Origin: Candidatus Micrarchaeum sp.
GTDB taxonomy: Archaea; Micrarchaeota; Micrarchaeia; Micrarchaeales; Micrarchaeaceae
Length of the DNA stretch: 32,000 nucleotides
Reading direction: 5' to 3'
NCBI RefSeq assembly: GCF_016806735.1
Contig: NZ_CP060530.1
Coordinates: 420,001-452,000 of the forward strand
Part shown: positions 7,970-17,335 of the stretch, in pieces
Numbering within the stretch: position 1 is the first letter of the stretch
Layout: each line of letters starts with the position of its first letter
Program-made: the position numbers and the translations under genes
The notes under the pieces: model-generated
What the model saw: only the letters and a program-made list of their open reading frames with translations
What the model was told of the DNA's origin: nothing
Databases searched by the model: none

Positions 7970-9835
7970 ATGAAAATAATTGGAATAGATTTGGGAACAT
8001 CGAATTCTGCTGCAGCCGTGCTTGAAGGCGGAAGGCCAACCATAGTGCCAAGCAGCGAGGGCGCTTCGCTATACGGCAAGGCATTTCCGAGCTATGTCGC
8101 TTTTACGAAAGATGGGCAGCGCCTAGTGGGAGAGCCGGCAAGAAGGCAGGCTGTTGCGAATCCGGAAGGCACTATAACCGCTTTCAAGAGAAAGATGGGC
8201 AGCGATTACACATACAAGATATATGGAAAAGACTACAAGCCACAAGAGCTTTCGGCCTTGCTGCTGCAGAAGATAAAGAAGGATGCGGAAGCATTCCTCG
8301 GCGAAGAAGTAAAGAAGGCAGTAATAACAGTGCCTGCATACTTCAACGACAACCAGAGGCAGGCAACGAAAGATGCAGGAGCAATAGCCGGACTAGAAGT
8401 TGTGAGGCTTGTCAACGAGCCGACAGCCGCGTGCCTTGCATACGGGCTTGACAAGACTGACAAGGAGATGAAGATTCTAGTATATGACCTCGGAGGCGGA
8501 ACCCTTGACGTGACGATAATGGAATTCGGAAACGGAGTGTTTGAAGTCAAGTCAACTAGCGGTGACACGCAGCTAGGAGGCACGGACATGGATAATGCCA
8601 TAGTAGAATTCCTAAAGTCTGAGGTTAAAAACCAGTCCGGAGTAGACATAAGCAAGGATATGCAGGCAATGCAAAGGCTCAGGGAGGCTGGAGAGAAGGC
8701 AAAGATTGAGCTGTCTACGGTCCTGACTACGGAAGTTAACCTGCCGTTCCTTGCCCAGAAAAACGGGCAGCCCGTAAACTTCACATACCAGTTCACCAGG
8801 GCCAAGCTCGAGAGCCTTGTAGTGCCGATAATAGAGAAATCTACAAAACCTGTAATGCAGGCATTAAAGGATGCAAAGCTCGAGCCAACCGCACTAGACA
8901 AGGTCATACTCGTCGGCGGTCCGACTAGAATGCCAATAGTGCAGAGGTACGTGGAGCAGCTGCTCGGCAAGAAGATAGAGCGGGGAGTGGATCCTATGGA
9001 AGCAGTGGCGCTTGGCGCTGCAATACAAGCTGGCGTCCTCACCGGAGAGGTAAAGGACATACTGCTGCTGGACGTTACGCCGCTCACTTTAAGCATAGAA
9101 ACTTTGGGTGGGGTTGCAACGCCAATAATAGACAGGAACACAACCATACCCGTAAAGAAATCCCAGGTCTTCAGCACGGCCGCAGACTTCCAGACAAGCG
9201 TGGACATACACGTGGTCCAGGGCGAGAGGGCACTAGCCAAGGACAATATAGACCTAGGCAAGTTTACCCTCACTGGCATACCTCCTTCGAGGCGCGGAGT
9301 GCCGCAGATAGAAGTCACGTTCGACATAGACGCCAACGGCATACTGCACGTAACGGCTACCGACAAGGCAACCGGAAAGGCCCAGAGTATGGACATCGTG
9401 GCGCCGCACAAGATGAACAAGGATGACATAGAAAAGAAAATGAACGAAGCGCACCAATACGAGGAGCAGGACAAGAAGCTTAGGGAGCAGATAGAGACGA
9501 AGAACAGCGCAGAATCGCTCGTGTTCACTGCCGAGCACACCCTTGAGGAATTCAAGGATAAGATAAAGGAAGAGCAGAAAGACAAGGTAAACAAAGCCAA
9601 GGCCGCGCTGGAAGACACCCTCAAAACCGACAACTACGACGAAATAAAGGCAAAGACCGAAGACCTGAAGAAGGCCCTTGAAGACATAGGCTCCTCGCTA
9701 TACGGGGCTGCTTCGCAAGGCCAATCTGGAGGGGAAGGGCCTTCAGACGGATCCGCAGGACCGGATGGCCAACAGGGCCAGGACGGGGCCAGCGACGGAA
9801 CCGGGGCAACCGATGCGGATTTCAAGGTGAAATGA
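7970..9835 (+). CDS. dnaK: Hsp70 chaperone DnaK
   Basis: ORF track, 621 aa. Hsp70 signatures: [34 protein letters not shown]. Gly/Asp/Gln-rich acidic C-terminal tail. GGTG SD lies 5 nt upstream of the ATG. Confidence 0.98.
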   Translation: MKIIGIDLGTSNSAAAVLEGGRPTIVPSSEGASLYGKAFPSYVAFTKDGQRLVGEPARRQAVANPEGTITAFKRKMGSDYTYKIYGKDYKPQELSALLLQKIKKDAEAFLGEEVKKAVITVPAYFNDNQRQATKDAGAIAGLEVVRLVNEPTAACLAYGLDKTDKEMKILVYDLGGGTLDVTIMEFGNGVFEVKSTSGDTQLGGTDMDNAIVEFLKSEVKNQSGVDISKDMQAMQRLREAGEKAKIELSTVLTTEVNLPFLAQKNGQPVNFTYQFTRAKLESLVVPIIEKSTKPVMQALKDAKLEPTALDKVILVGGPTRMPIVQRYVEQLLGKKIERGVDPMEAVALGAAIQAGVLTGEVKDILLLDVTPLTLSIETLGGVATPIIDRNTTIPVKKSQVFSTAADFQTSVDIHVVQGERALAKDNIDLGKFTLTGIPPSRRGVPQIEVTFDIDANGILHVTATDKATGKAQSMDIVAPHKMNKDDIEKKMNEAHQYEEQDKKLREQIETKNSAESLVFTAEHTLEEFKDKIKEEQKDKVNKAKAALEDTLKTDNYDEIKAKTEDLKKALEDIGSSLYGAASQGQSGGEGPSDGSAGPDGQQGQDGASDGTGATDADFKVK

Positions 9836-9852
9836 AAAGCGGGCAAAATGTA

Positions 9853-9873
9853 GCATGGGCATTATGCCCATGC
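9853..9873 (+). promoter_or_regulatory. Perfect 21-nt palindrome (hairpin) between dnaK and dnaJ; either a terminator or an operator
   Basis: gcatgggcat t atgcccatgc. Every position from 9853 to 9873 pairs around 9863. It starts 18 nt after the dnaK stop and ends 7 nt before a TATA-like box. Confidence 0.45.
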
Positions 9874-9880
9874 AAAAATG

Positions 9881-9890
9881 TTTATAAATA
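9881..9890 (+). promoter_or_regulatory. TATA-like box for dnaJ
   Basis: tttataaata lies about 45 nt upstream of the dnaJ ATG (9930). This implies dnaJ can be transcribed independently. Confidence 0.4.
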
Positions 9891-9929
9891 AGGTGCACAA
9901 AATAAGAGAAACCCATCGGGTAGTGAGAA

Positions 9930-11063
9930 ATGGCAAAGGATTTTTACGACGTTCTTGGAGTTAAGAAGGGGGCTTCCCTAGACGAGATAAAGCAGGCTTA
10001 CAGGAAGCTCGCATTGCAGTACCATCCGGACAGGAACAAGAGCAAGGAAGCAGAAGAAAAATTCAAGGAGATAAACGAAGCGTATGCGGTGCTGAGCAAT
10101 CCTGAAAAGCGCAAGCAGTATGACGCATACGGTCCAGATCAGTTCAATCAGCGTTTCTCTGAGGAGGACATATTCCGCGGATTTGATTTCCAGAATATAT
10201 TCAGGAATATGGGCTTCGACGTGGGCGACCAAGGATTCTCCGGATTCGGGAACATAGATGACATATTTGACAACTTATTCAACAGGGGCTCGCAATACGG
10301 TCAGGGCACAAGGGGCAACGACATACTCGCAAGGATCAGGCTCTCGATGCTCGAAGCCGTCAACGGCGCTACAAAGACATTAACAATAAAGCACATAGCG
10401 CAGTGCGACAGGTGTGCTGGCACGGGTGCAGAGCCCGGATCAAAAGTGATAACATGCCCCACATGCAACGGCAGGGGGCAAGTTGCAAATGCCAGGAGGA
10501 CTCCATTCGGCGTCATGCAGACTATAACCACGTGTCCGACTTGCGGAGGTTCGGGAAAAGTACCAGAGAAAAAATGCAGGAAGTGCGGCGGCACCGGAAG
10601 AATACAGAAGGATGACAGCGTTGAAGTGGAAATCCCAAAAGGCGTGGATACCGGTACCAGGCTCAGGCTGCGCGGCCTTGGGGACTACGGCACTTCCAGG
10701 AGAGGCGACCTTTACATAGACGTAGAAGTTGAACCAGACCCAAGGTTTAAGCGCAAGGGCGACGACTTAGTGACTACGATACACGTACCCTTCTACACTG
10801 CCATACTTGGAGGCACTATAGAAGCTCCGACGATAGATGGCTCGGAAAGCGTAAAGATAAGCCCAGGCACGCAGAGCGGCGATACTGCTGTGATAAAGGG
10901 CAAGGGAGTACCAAGATTCAACAGGGCCGGGGTTGGAGACGAGATAATACGCATACAGGTTGACCTGCCAAAGAAGATGACGCAAGAGCAGGAAGATCTC
11001 ATAAGAAAATACGCGGAAACAGAGGGCGATTCCTCAAGCAAGAAGAAACGCTTCTGGAAATGA
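9930..11063 (+). CDS. dnaJ: Hsp40 co-chaperone DnaJ (type I)
   Basis: ORF track, 377 aa. J domain with HPD (LQYHPDRN), a G/F-rich linker, and four CxxCxGxG repeats ([32 protein letters not shown]). Confidence 0.97.
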   Translation: MAKDFYDVLGVKKGASLDEIKQAYRKLALQYHPDRNKSKEAEEKFKEINEAYAVLSNPEKRKQYDAYGPDQFNQRFSEEDIFRGFDFQNIFRNMGFDVGDQGFSGFGNIDDIFDNLFNRGSQYGQGTRGNDILARIRLSMLEAVNGATKTLTIKHIAQCDRCAGTGAEPGSKVITCPTCNGRGQVANARRTPFGVMQTITTCPTCGGSGKVPEKKCRKCGGTGRIQKDDSVEVEIPKGVDTGTRLRLRGLGDYGTSRRGDLYIDVEVEPDPRFKRKGDDLVTTIHVPFYTAILGGTIEAPTIDGSESVKISPGTQSGDTAVIKGKGVPRFNRAGVGDEIIRIQVDLPKKMTQEQEDLIRKYAETEGDSSSKKKRFWK

Positions 11064-11192
11064 AAGCTCTGGCCGTTTCTGCAAATAAATCCGGCAAGCC
11101 ATAAGGCAAAACACGGCAAAGGCTATTTATAAATATTTGAACTGTGCCATATGCAATCCATAGTTATACTATCCATAATGCGTGTGATATTT

Positions 11193-11879
11193 ATGACAGA
11201 AACAACAAAGCCCGATGAGAACAAAAACGACCAGAAAATGTCCGTGCAGGTACAGAGCGTAGCAAGCGTCAATACGCCAAATCCAAATGCAAAGACCCAA
11301 GCAGATAGCGCAAAAGAAAGAAAGGCATTGATAAGTGCAGGAAAGGGGACCATCCAAGCTCTTGTTTATAACAACAGCAAGGAGAACAGGCAGGCTTTTT
11401 CAGATCTGCTCAAGGCAGTATCGGAAACCGACAGCCTCAAGCTAATAAAATCCACAAAGAGGACCATAAAGCATGAATTCAAAAGCGTGTACAAGCAGTT
11501 CTCGAAGGAAAACCCAGCAGAGCGCGCTGAGCACATGAAAAAGCTTTACGATTACACATTCAACATGCTTGAATCGTTGAGGTCCAACAAGGCATTCAGG
11601 GAGCTTAACGATGTAGATACAAAGCTGGCAAAATCAAAAGCGAAGGCCTACAAAAAGATGAACTACCATATAAGCGAGGCAGAAACAGAATTGGAAAATT
11701 CGCTAAAAGAGCTTATGAGGATGGAAAAGCATCTTGACAAGAGGGTCGTCAAGCGCACAAAGAAGCTCGCATCCGCGAAGGCCGAGCTGTCAAACACCGG
11801 AAAAGAAATAAAGGCCCTGAATTTGGAAAAGAAGAAGCTTGAGAAGTACTCGCAACCAAATTCATACCTGAGAAAGTGA
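11193..11879 (+). CDS. Lys-rich coiled-coil protein, function unknown
   Basis: ORF track gives 11151..11879. In-frame ATGs occur at 11151, 11178 and 11193. A TATA-like tatttataaatattt (11124-11138) sits too close to 11151, so I chose 11193 (MTETTKPDENK...), which has gtgat upstream. The start is uncertain. The C-terminal half is heptad-like and K/E-rich. Confidence 0.55.
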   Translation: MTETTKPDENKNDQKMSVQVQSVASVNTPNPNAKTQADSAKERKALISAGKGTIQALVYNNSKENRQAFSDLLKAVSETDSLKLIKSTKRTIKHEFKSVYKQFSKENPAERAEHMKKLYDYTFNMLESLRSNKAFRELNDVDTKLAKSKAKAYKKMNYHISEAETELENSLKELMRMEKHLDKRVVKRTKKLASAKAELSNTGKEIKALNLEKKKLEKYSQPNSYLRK

Positions 11880-11896
11880 ATAACGATCAAAGACTG

Positions 11897-13333
11897 TTAT
11901 TCTTCAGAATAATCCGTGTATATGTTCTTTCTTTTCAGATATTCCAATATGCCGTAAGTGCTTCCTTCGCCAGCTTGCCCGGTCATCCTGAAACCGGTAT
12001 GATAACCCTGCGAAGCTTCCGGGCCAGGCATGTTTATATAAAGCTCGCCAAAGCGCACGCGTTCTGACGCTTCCTGCGCCAGCGCAAAATCCTTTGTAAA
12101 CAGGTATGAAGCCAGGCCATACTTGGAATCGTTTGCATATTTGAAAAGCTCCTCCTTTCCTGATACTTTTATTGCCCCTATTACTGGGCCAAACACTTCT
12201 TCCTGGAAAAGCCCGGATTTCTGATCCAATCCTTCGATTACTGTGGGCTTGAAGTAGTAGCCTTTAGCTCCCGAATCTGCCAGCTTTGGCTTGCTCCCTC
12301 CGCACGCCACAATCCCTCCGTTTCCAACCGACTCATCCACAATCTTTTCCATGCTTTCAAGGGCTGAAGAATTTATTAGCGGTCCCATGCCCGAGCCAGA
12401 AGGCACCCCTACTTTGAGCGCCTTGCTCATTGATACAAACTTTTTTACAAAGCTGTCGTATATCTCTTCATGGACGTAAAGCCTTTCCGCTGCTATGCAC
12501 GATTGGCCAGTGTTCCAGTACTTGGCCCACATCAGGGTTTTAAGCGCTTTTTCAATGTCTGCATCCTTCCAAACCATGAACGGGGCTTTTCCTCCCAATT
12601 CAAGTATAAGCTTGGCCATGTTGGATGACGCCTTTTCCATTATCCTTTGCCCTGTCGCGGTTGAGCCCGTCATTGTAATAAGCGCTACGTCTTTGTGCGA
12701 AACTATATAATCGCCTATTTCGGATCCTTTTCCTGCAACCAAGCTTAGAACCCCTTTCGGCAATCCCGCTTCCTCGAATTTCTTTACTATGAACTCTGCG
12801 CTTCCAGGCGTGTCGCTGCTAGGTTTCAGCACCACAGTATTTCCTGTAAGAAGTGCGGGAGCAAGCTTCCGTGCTACCATGGCAGCAGGAAAGTTCCATG
12901 GCGTTATGGCAACTACGACTCCGTAAGGCTGAAGGTACTGGAATATCTTTCTTGTCCTTGTGGTGCCCTCTATTATGCTCCCATTCAGCTTCCTTGCGAA
13001 TTCTGCATAATACTGCATCTGGTCAATTACGCCGTCTACTTCCTCTTTCGCCTCTTTTGTCAGCTTCCCGTTTTCGTTGTATATTATGCGTTCAAGCTCC
13101 TTCCTGCTTTTGGCTATAAGATCCAATGCCTTGTATATGTATTTGGACCTCTCAACTTCAGTCATCGAGCTCCACTTAGGGAATGCTTCATACGCGCCTC
13201 TTATCGCTTTGTCTACATCATCCTTGGAAGCGCCTTTGAAAGAGTAAAGCCTTTTTCCATTTATTGGCGATAGCTTTTCTATCTTGCTGGGGCTTGTCCC
13301 ATCTATCCATTTGCCACCTATATACATCTTCAT
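11897..13333 (-). CDS. NAD(P)+ aldehyde dehydrogenase (probable glyceraldehyde/glycolaldehyde dehydrogenase, from context)
   Basis: ORF track gives 11897..13342 (GTG). ATG at 13333 (MKMYIGGKWIDG) is preceded by GGGTG. ALDH motifs: ILELGGKAP (catalytic Glu), NTGQSCIAAERLYV (catalytic Cys), EEVFGPV. Confidence 0.9.
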   Translation of the reverse strand: MKMYIGGKWIDGTSPSKIEKLSPINGKRLYSFKGASKDDVDKAIRGAYEAFPKWSSMTEVERSKYIYKALDLIAKSRKELERIIYNENGKLTKEAKEEVDGVIDQMQYYAEFARKLNGSIIEGTTRTRKIFQYLQPYGVVVAITPWNFPAAMVARKLAPALLTGNTVVLKPSSDTPGSAEFIVKKFEEAGLPKGVLSLVAGKGSEIGDYIVSHKDVALITMTGSTATGQRIMEKASSNMAKLILELGGKAPFMVWKDADIEKALKTLMWAKYWNTGQSCIAAERLYVHEEIYDSFVKKFVSMSKALKVGVPSGSGMGPLINSSALESMEKIVDESVGNGGIVACGGSKPKLADSGAKGYYFKPTVIEGLDQKSGLFQEEVFGPVIGAIKVSGKEELFKYANDSKYGLASYLFTKDFALAQEASERVRFGELYINMPGPEASQGYHTGFRMTGQAGEGSTYGILEYLKRKNIYTDYSEE

Positions 13334-13363
13334 CAATAACACCCAAATATGAAGCCCTGTTTG

Positions 13364-14266
13364 TCAGTCAATAAGCCTGGACGCGGATTTGTAAAGATCC
13401 TCGCCATATTTGTCGCTTATGCTTTCAAGGGGAGGAACTGCATTCGTCTCGCGTGAATGCATTATCCTTCTGTAAAACATGTAATTGTAATCTGATGGAA
13501 ACTGAACGTGCGTGAACAAATGCATCAGCACGGTCAGCCTTTCCTGCAGCTCTTTTGCCTTATTCAACCGACCAGAAACATAAGCCTTGTAGACGTCAAA
13601 AGCCAGCCTTGTAAAATTAGTGGTTCCGCAAACCCCGCCGTGTGCACCTATCATAAGCGATGGCAGAAGCAAATCATCCTGACCTTGGAAGACTGCAAAT
13701 TCGTTGCCCATCCCTTCTATGAATCCCGATATGCTCCTGAAATCTCCGCTGCTGTCCTTGACTCCTATTATGTTTTTGTGCCGCTCTGCAAGCTTCTTTG
13801 CCATGCTTAAGGTTATCCAATTGCCAGTGAATTGCGGTATGTTGTAAAGTACTATTCCAGCATCAATCTTATCTGCCACGCTGTCAAAATACCTAAAAAG
13901 CGATTTCTCGTCCATCTTTAAGTAATATGGCGTCACTATTACGAGCGCATCGGCTCCGAATTTAATTGCACTGTGCGCAACTTCCAACGTTTCTTCGACA
14001 GAATTTCTTCCCACTCCTGGAAGCATAAAAAGCTTCGAACTTGCAAATTCCGAGAATTCCTTGATTAGCGATACATGCTGCTCAAAAGACAATAGCGCCC
14101 CACAGCCATTTGAACCTGCAGGAAATATTCCGCTTGCGCCATTTTTCTCCAAAAAATCGACGAGTGCTGCAATGGCTTTTGAATCAAATTTTCCACCCTT
14201 GAACGGGGTTATTGCCGGTGTTATTATTCCCAAGGCCTTTTTCTTTAGCCATTTTTCATAATCCAT
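13364..14266 (-). CDS. kdgA: DapA/N-acetylneuraminate lyase family class I aldolase, probable 2-keto-3-deoxy(-gluconate) aldolase
   Basis: ORF track, 300 aa. GIITPAITPF N-terminus, YNIPQFTG, and IIGVKDSSGD (Schiff-base Lys). As I recall it, this resembles the Sulfolobus KD(P)G aldolase pattern. The substrate is inferred from the neighbouring genes. Confidence 0.8.
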   Translation of the reverse strand: MDYEKWLKKKALGIITPAITPFKGGKFDSKAIAALVDFLEKNGASGIFPAGSNGCGALLSFEQHVSLIKEFSEFASSKLFMLPGVGRNSVEETLEVAHSAIKFGADALVIVTPYYLKMDEKSLFRYFDSVADKIDAGIVLYNIPQFTGNWITLSMAKKLAERHKNIIGVKDSSGDFRSISGFIEGMGNEFAVFQGQDDLLLPSLMIGAHGGVCGTTNFTRLAFDVYKAYVSGRLNKAKELQERLTVLMHLFTHVQFPSDYNYMFYRRIMHSRETNAVPPLESISDKYGEDLYKSASRLID

Positions 14267-14335
14267 TTACTCAGCTATACAATGGCTTTTCCAATTATTA
14301 AAAGTTTTGCAGTTGCAACTGGTAGTGGTGGAAAA

Positions 14336-15562
14336 ATGAGTGTAATAAAGGATATCGAAATAATAGAGCTGGGCGAGGCCGATTCTTCAAAATCAAGCCC
14401 ATGGAGTTCCACCGTTCTAATATTGAAGCTTACAACGAGCGATGGCATAGTCGGCTACGGCGAAGCTCCAACTACTCTCATGACATTGCCGGTATACGAA
14501 GAAATGAAAGAAGTGTCAAGAATATTCAAGGGCAAGGAGGCAACGGAAATACAGAAAAATTACCTGGATTTTTACAAGAATTCTTTCTATCTCCCCGTCT
14601 CAATGGAATCTACTGCTGCCCTGAGTGCGTTCGAAATGGCATCGTGGGACATAACAGGAAAAATATACGGCATGCCGGTTTACGATGCGTTTGGCGGGAT
14701 GATAAGGGACAGAGTAAGAGCATACGCCAACGGCTGGTACGACAATTGCGTGAGCCCTGACGATTTTGTCAAAAAGGCAAAGGGAGTTGTAAAGATGGGC
14801 TTCACAGGGGTCAAATTTGATCCGTTCGGCGACGCTTACGACAGCATAAATGCAAAACAGCTCGAAAACGCAAAAGAGGTCGTCGGCGCAATGAGGGAAT
14901 CTTTCAAGGATCTTGACTTGATGATTGAATGCCATGGCCGCTTTAATGCCAATTCTGCAATAAGAATAGGTCTTGCCCTAGAAGAATATTCGCCACTTTT
15001 CATCGAGGAGCCAGTGCACCCTGACCAGTTTGAAGGCTTGATAAGGTTTCGCGAAAGGGTGGGAATACCAGTTGCATTGGGTGAGCGCGTTCTTGACAGG
15101 AATCTGTTTTTGAACTATATGGTAAACAATGCAGTCGACGTCATCCAGCCGGATATAACAAACTTCGGAGGCTTGATGCAGGGAAAGAGCGTAGCCGACA
15201 TGGCTTATTCCTTCGGGATAGAAGTCGCGTATCATAACGCTTTTGGCCCTATACAGACTGCAGCTACGCTGAACCTTGATTATACAATACCAAACCTTTT
15301 GATACAGGAAAGCTTTGAGGCATTCAATCCTGCATGGAAGAAGAATCTGCTTAAATCAGGATATAGCTTGGATGAGGGGTATTTCAAATTGGCAAAGGGA
15401 AGGCCAGGCTTGGGCATAGAAGTCAACGAGCGAATACTTGAAGAGTATAAGCTGCACGGCATGGAGCCGTTCAACGATTCCGAGCCGCCATGGGTTGTGC
15501 AAGGAACGTTCAAGCCTGCCAAAGCAAAACCAAGGGGGCAAAAGAAGAAAAAGGCAAGGTAA
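14336..15562 (+). CDS. Enolase-superfamily (mandelate racemase/muconate lactonizing) sugar-acid dehydratase, probable D-gluconate dehydratase
   Basis: ORF track gives 14282..15562. ATG at 14336 (MSVIKDIEIIELG) has GGTGG 4 nt upstream. Long colinear similarity, from my recollection, to archaeal gluconate dehydratase: VGYGEA, ASWDI.GK, RAYANGWY, VKFDPFG, ECHGRFNANSAI, FIEEPVHP, VALGER, IQPDITN.GG, AYHNAFGPIQ, PGLGIE. Unusual polybasic tail KPAKAKPRGQKKKKAR. Confidence 0.85.
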   Translation: MSVIKDIEIIELGEADSSKSSPWSSTVLILKLTTSDGIVGYGEAPTTLMTLPVYEEMKEVSRIFKGKEATEIQKNYLDFYKNSFYLPVSMESTAALSAFEMASWDITGKIYGMPVYDAFGGMIRDRVRAYANGWYDNCVSPDDFVKKAKGVVKMGFTGVKFDPFGDAYDSINAKQLENAKEVVGAMRESFKDLDLMIECHGRFNANSAIRIGLALEEYSPLFIEEPVHPDQFEGLIRFRERVGIPVALGERVLDRNLFLNYMVNNAVDVIQPDITNFGGLMQGKSVADMAYSFGIEVAYHNAFGPIQTAATLNLDYTIPNLLIQESFEAFNPAWKKNLLKSGYSLDEGYFKLAKGRPGLGIEVNERILEEYKLHGMEPFNDSEPPWVVQGTFKPAKAKPRGQKKKKAR

Positions 15563-15566
15563 TCAT

Positions 15567-17276
15567 ATGAAAGAAACTCACTTGTCTGGGAAGAAAAGCG
15601 AGCCAATGCTTAAGGAGCGTTCCGATGCTCTTTATAAAGGGCCTTACAAGGCTCCTAACAGGGCTTACATGAAAGCCATGGGCCTTTCCGATTCGGATCT
15701 GTCAAGGCCGATGATAGGGGTAGGGGTAGCATGGAGCGAAGCAGGCCCATGCAACTTGCATACTATGGGCCTTGGCAGGAAGGCAAAGGAGGGCGTATAT
15801 TACAACAAGGGCACCCCTAGGATGTTCGCGACTCCCTTAGTAATAGACGGCGTTGCAATGGGATACGAGGGCATGAAGTACTCGCTCGTAAGCAGGGAAA
15901 TAATAGCCAATACTGTTGAAATGACGATAAACGCCCATGCCTACGACGCATTCGTAGGCATATCCGGATGCGATAAGACTACCCCGGCCATGCTGATGGC
16001 TGCCGGACGGCTTAACATACCTTCCATAATATTATACGGCGGCACCAACATGAACGGCTACCTTAACGGCAAGGAAATAACAATGGAAGATGTTTTCGAA
16101 GCGGTGGGCCAGTTTGCAGGCAATAAGCTCAGTGCCGAGGAGCTCAAAGAGCTCGAGGACAATGCAATACCTGGAATAGGGACATGCGCAGGCTTATTCA
16201 CTGCAAATACTATGGGCACCATGGCAGAAACGCTTGGCATGGCGCTTCCTGGGAGCTCCGCACCGCCTGCTGTAGAAGGCATAAAATATGACTATGCTTA
16301 CGAGTCGGGAAAGGCAATAATGGCACTGCTTGAAAATGGGATACTGCCGCGAGACATAATGACTTATGGAGCTTTCGAAAACGCCATAACTGCGCTCATG
16401 TCTATGGGCGGCTCAACAAATGTCGTCATGCATCTGATAGCCATAGCTCACGAGAATGGAATAAAACTGACTCTCGACGATTTCGACAGAATAGGCTCAA
16501 AAGTCCCAGAGATAGCCAATATGAGGCCCGGGGGCACACATACGATGGAAGACCTGTTCAGGGTCGGCGGGGTGCCGTTGGTACTCAAAAAACTGCTGAA
16601 ATCCAAGCTCCTTGACGGCAATGTGCTTACTGTTACTGGCAAAACCATGGCTGAAAATATCGCATCAATGAAAATCCCAGAAATGAAAAACGATGTGATA
16701 TCAGAAGTTTCAAAGCCGTACCACGTTCGCGGAGGGATAAGGATCCTGAGGGGCAGCCTTGCTCCTGAAGGTGCCGTGATAAAAGTGGCTGCGGCCAAGA
16801 TAACAAAGCTTAGAGGGCCTGCGGTAGTGTTCGATTCCGAAGAGGAGGCATTTAATGGGGTTACCAACGGAAGGGTAAAGCCTGGAGATATAGTCGTCAT
16901 AAGATTCGAGGGGCCCAAGGGCGGCCCAGGCATGCGCGAGATGCTTTCAGTAACCGCCGCAATCATTGGCAAGGATCTTGGCGAGAAAGTGGCAATGGTT
17001 ACAGACGGAAGGTTTTCGGGCGCCACCAGGGGACTAATGATAGGACACGTATCTCCTGAAGCCTACGTTGGAGGTCCTCTGGCTTTTGTGAAAAATGGAG
17101 ATTATATATCCATAGACTGCGACAGGGGCACGCTGGAGCTAGAAGTCGACAAAAAGGAGATGGACTCAAGGCGCAGGGGCTGGAGGCAGCCTGAACCAAA
17201 GCACAAATCCGGGCTATTAGCCCAGTACGCTATGCTGGTATCTAGCGCTTCGGAAGGAGCTGTGCTGAATCCATAA
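15567..17276 (+). CDS. ilvD: IlvD/Edd-family dehydratase (dihydroxy-acid or sugar-acid dehydratase)
   Basis: ORF track gives 15438..17276, but its first 43 codons overlap the previous gene. ATG at 15567 lies 4 nt after that gene's stop; ATG at 15606 is an alternative. Motifs: SGCDKTTPAMLMAA, GTCAGLFTANTMGT, MGGSTNVVMHL, TDGRFSGATRG. Confidence 0.92.
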   Translation: MKETHLSGKKSEPMLKERSDALYKGPYKAPNRAYMKAMGLSDSDLSRPMIGVGVAWSEAGPCNLHTMGLGRKAKEGVYYNKGTPRMFATPLVIDGVAMGYEGMKYSLVSREIIANTVEMTINAHAYDAFVGISGCDKTTPAMLMAAGRLNIPSIILYGGTNMNGYLNGKEITMEDVFEAVGQFAGNKLSAEELKELEDNAIPGIGTCAGLFTANTMGTMAETLGMALPGSSAPPAVEGIKYDYAYESGKAIMALLENGILPRDIMTYGAFENAITALMSMGGSTNVVMHLIAIAHENGIKLTLDDFDRIGSKVPEIANMRPGGTHTMEDLFRVGGVPLVLKKLLKSKLLDGNVLTVTGKTMAENIASMKIPEMKNDVISEVSKPYHVRGGIRILRGSLAPEGAVIKVAAAKITKLRGPAVVFDSEEEAFNGVTNGRVKPGDIVVIRFEGPKGGPGMREMLSVTAAIIGKDLGEKVAMVTDGRFSGATRGLMIGHVSPEAYVGGPLAFVKNGDYISIDCDRGTLELEVDKKEMDSRRRGWRQPEPKHKSGLLAQYAMLVSSASEGAVLNP

Positions 17277-17335
17277 AATAACTGCGTTGACCTGCAAAAT
17301 TATATAAATTCCATGAAGCAATAAATTGTGGTCAT

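Noticed and set aside
8233-9633. 466-aa ORF antisense to dnaK (Ser/Cys/Leu-rich translation)
   Set aside because: It lies entirely inside the very confidently assigned dnaK gene. Long stop-free antisense frames are a known codon-composition artefact of hsp70 genes. The translation is low-complexity, and no start context (TATA or SD) is visible.
15438-15566. N-terminal 43-codon extension of the IlvD-family ORF overlapping the gluconate dehydratase gene
   Set aside because: The extension (MKSISCTAWSRSTIPSRHGLCKERSS...) overlaps the conserved C-terminus of the upstream enzyme in another frame and is absent from IlvD proteins. The conserved IlvD N-terminus begins after ATG 15567 or 15606.
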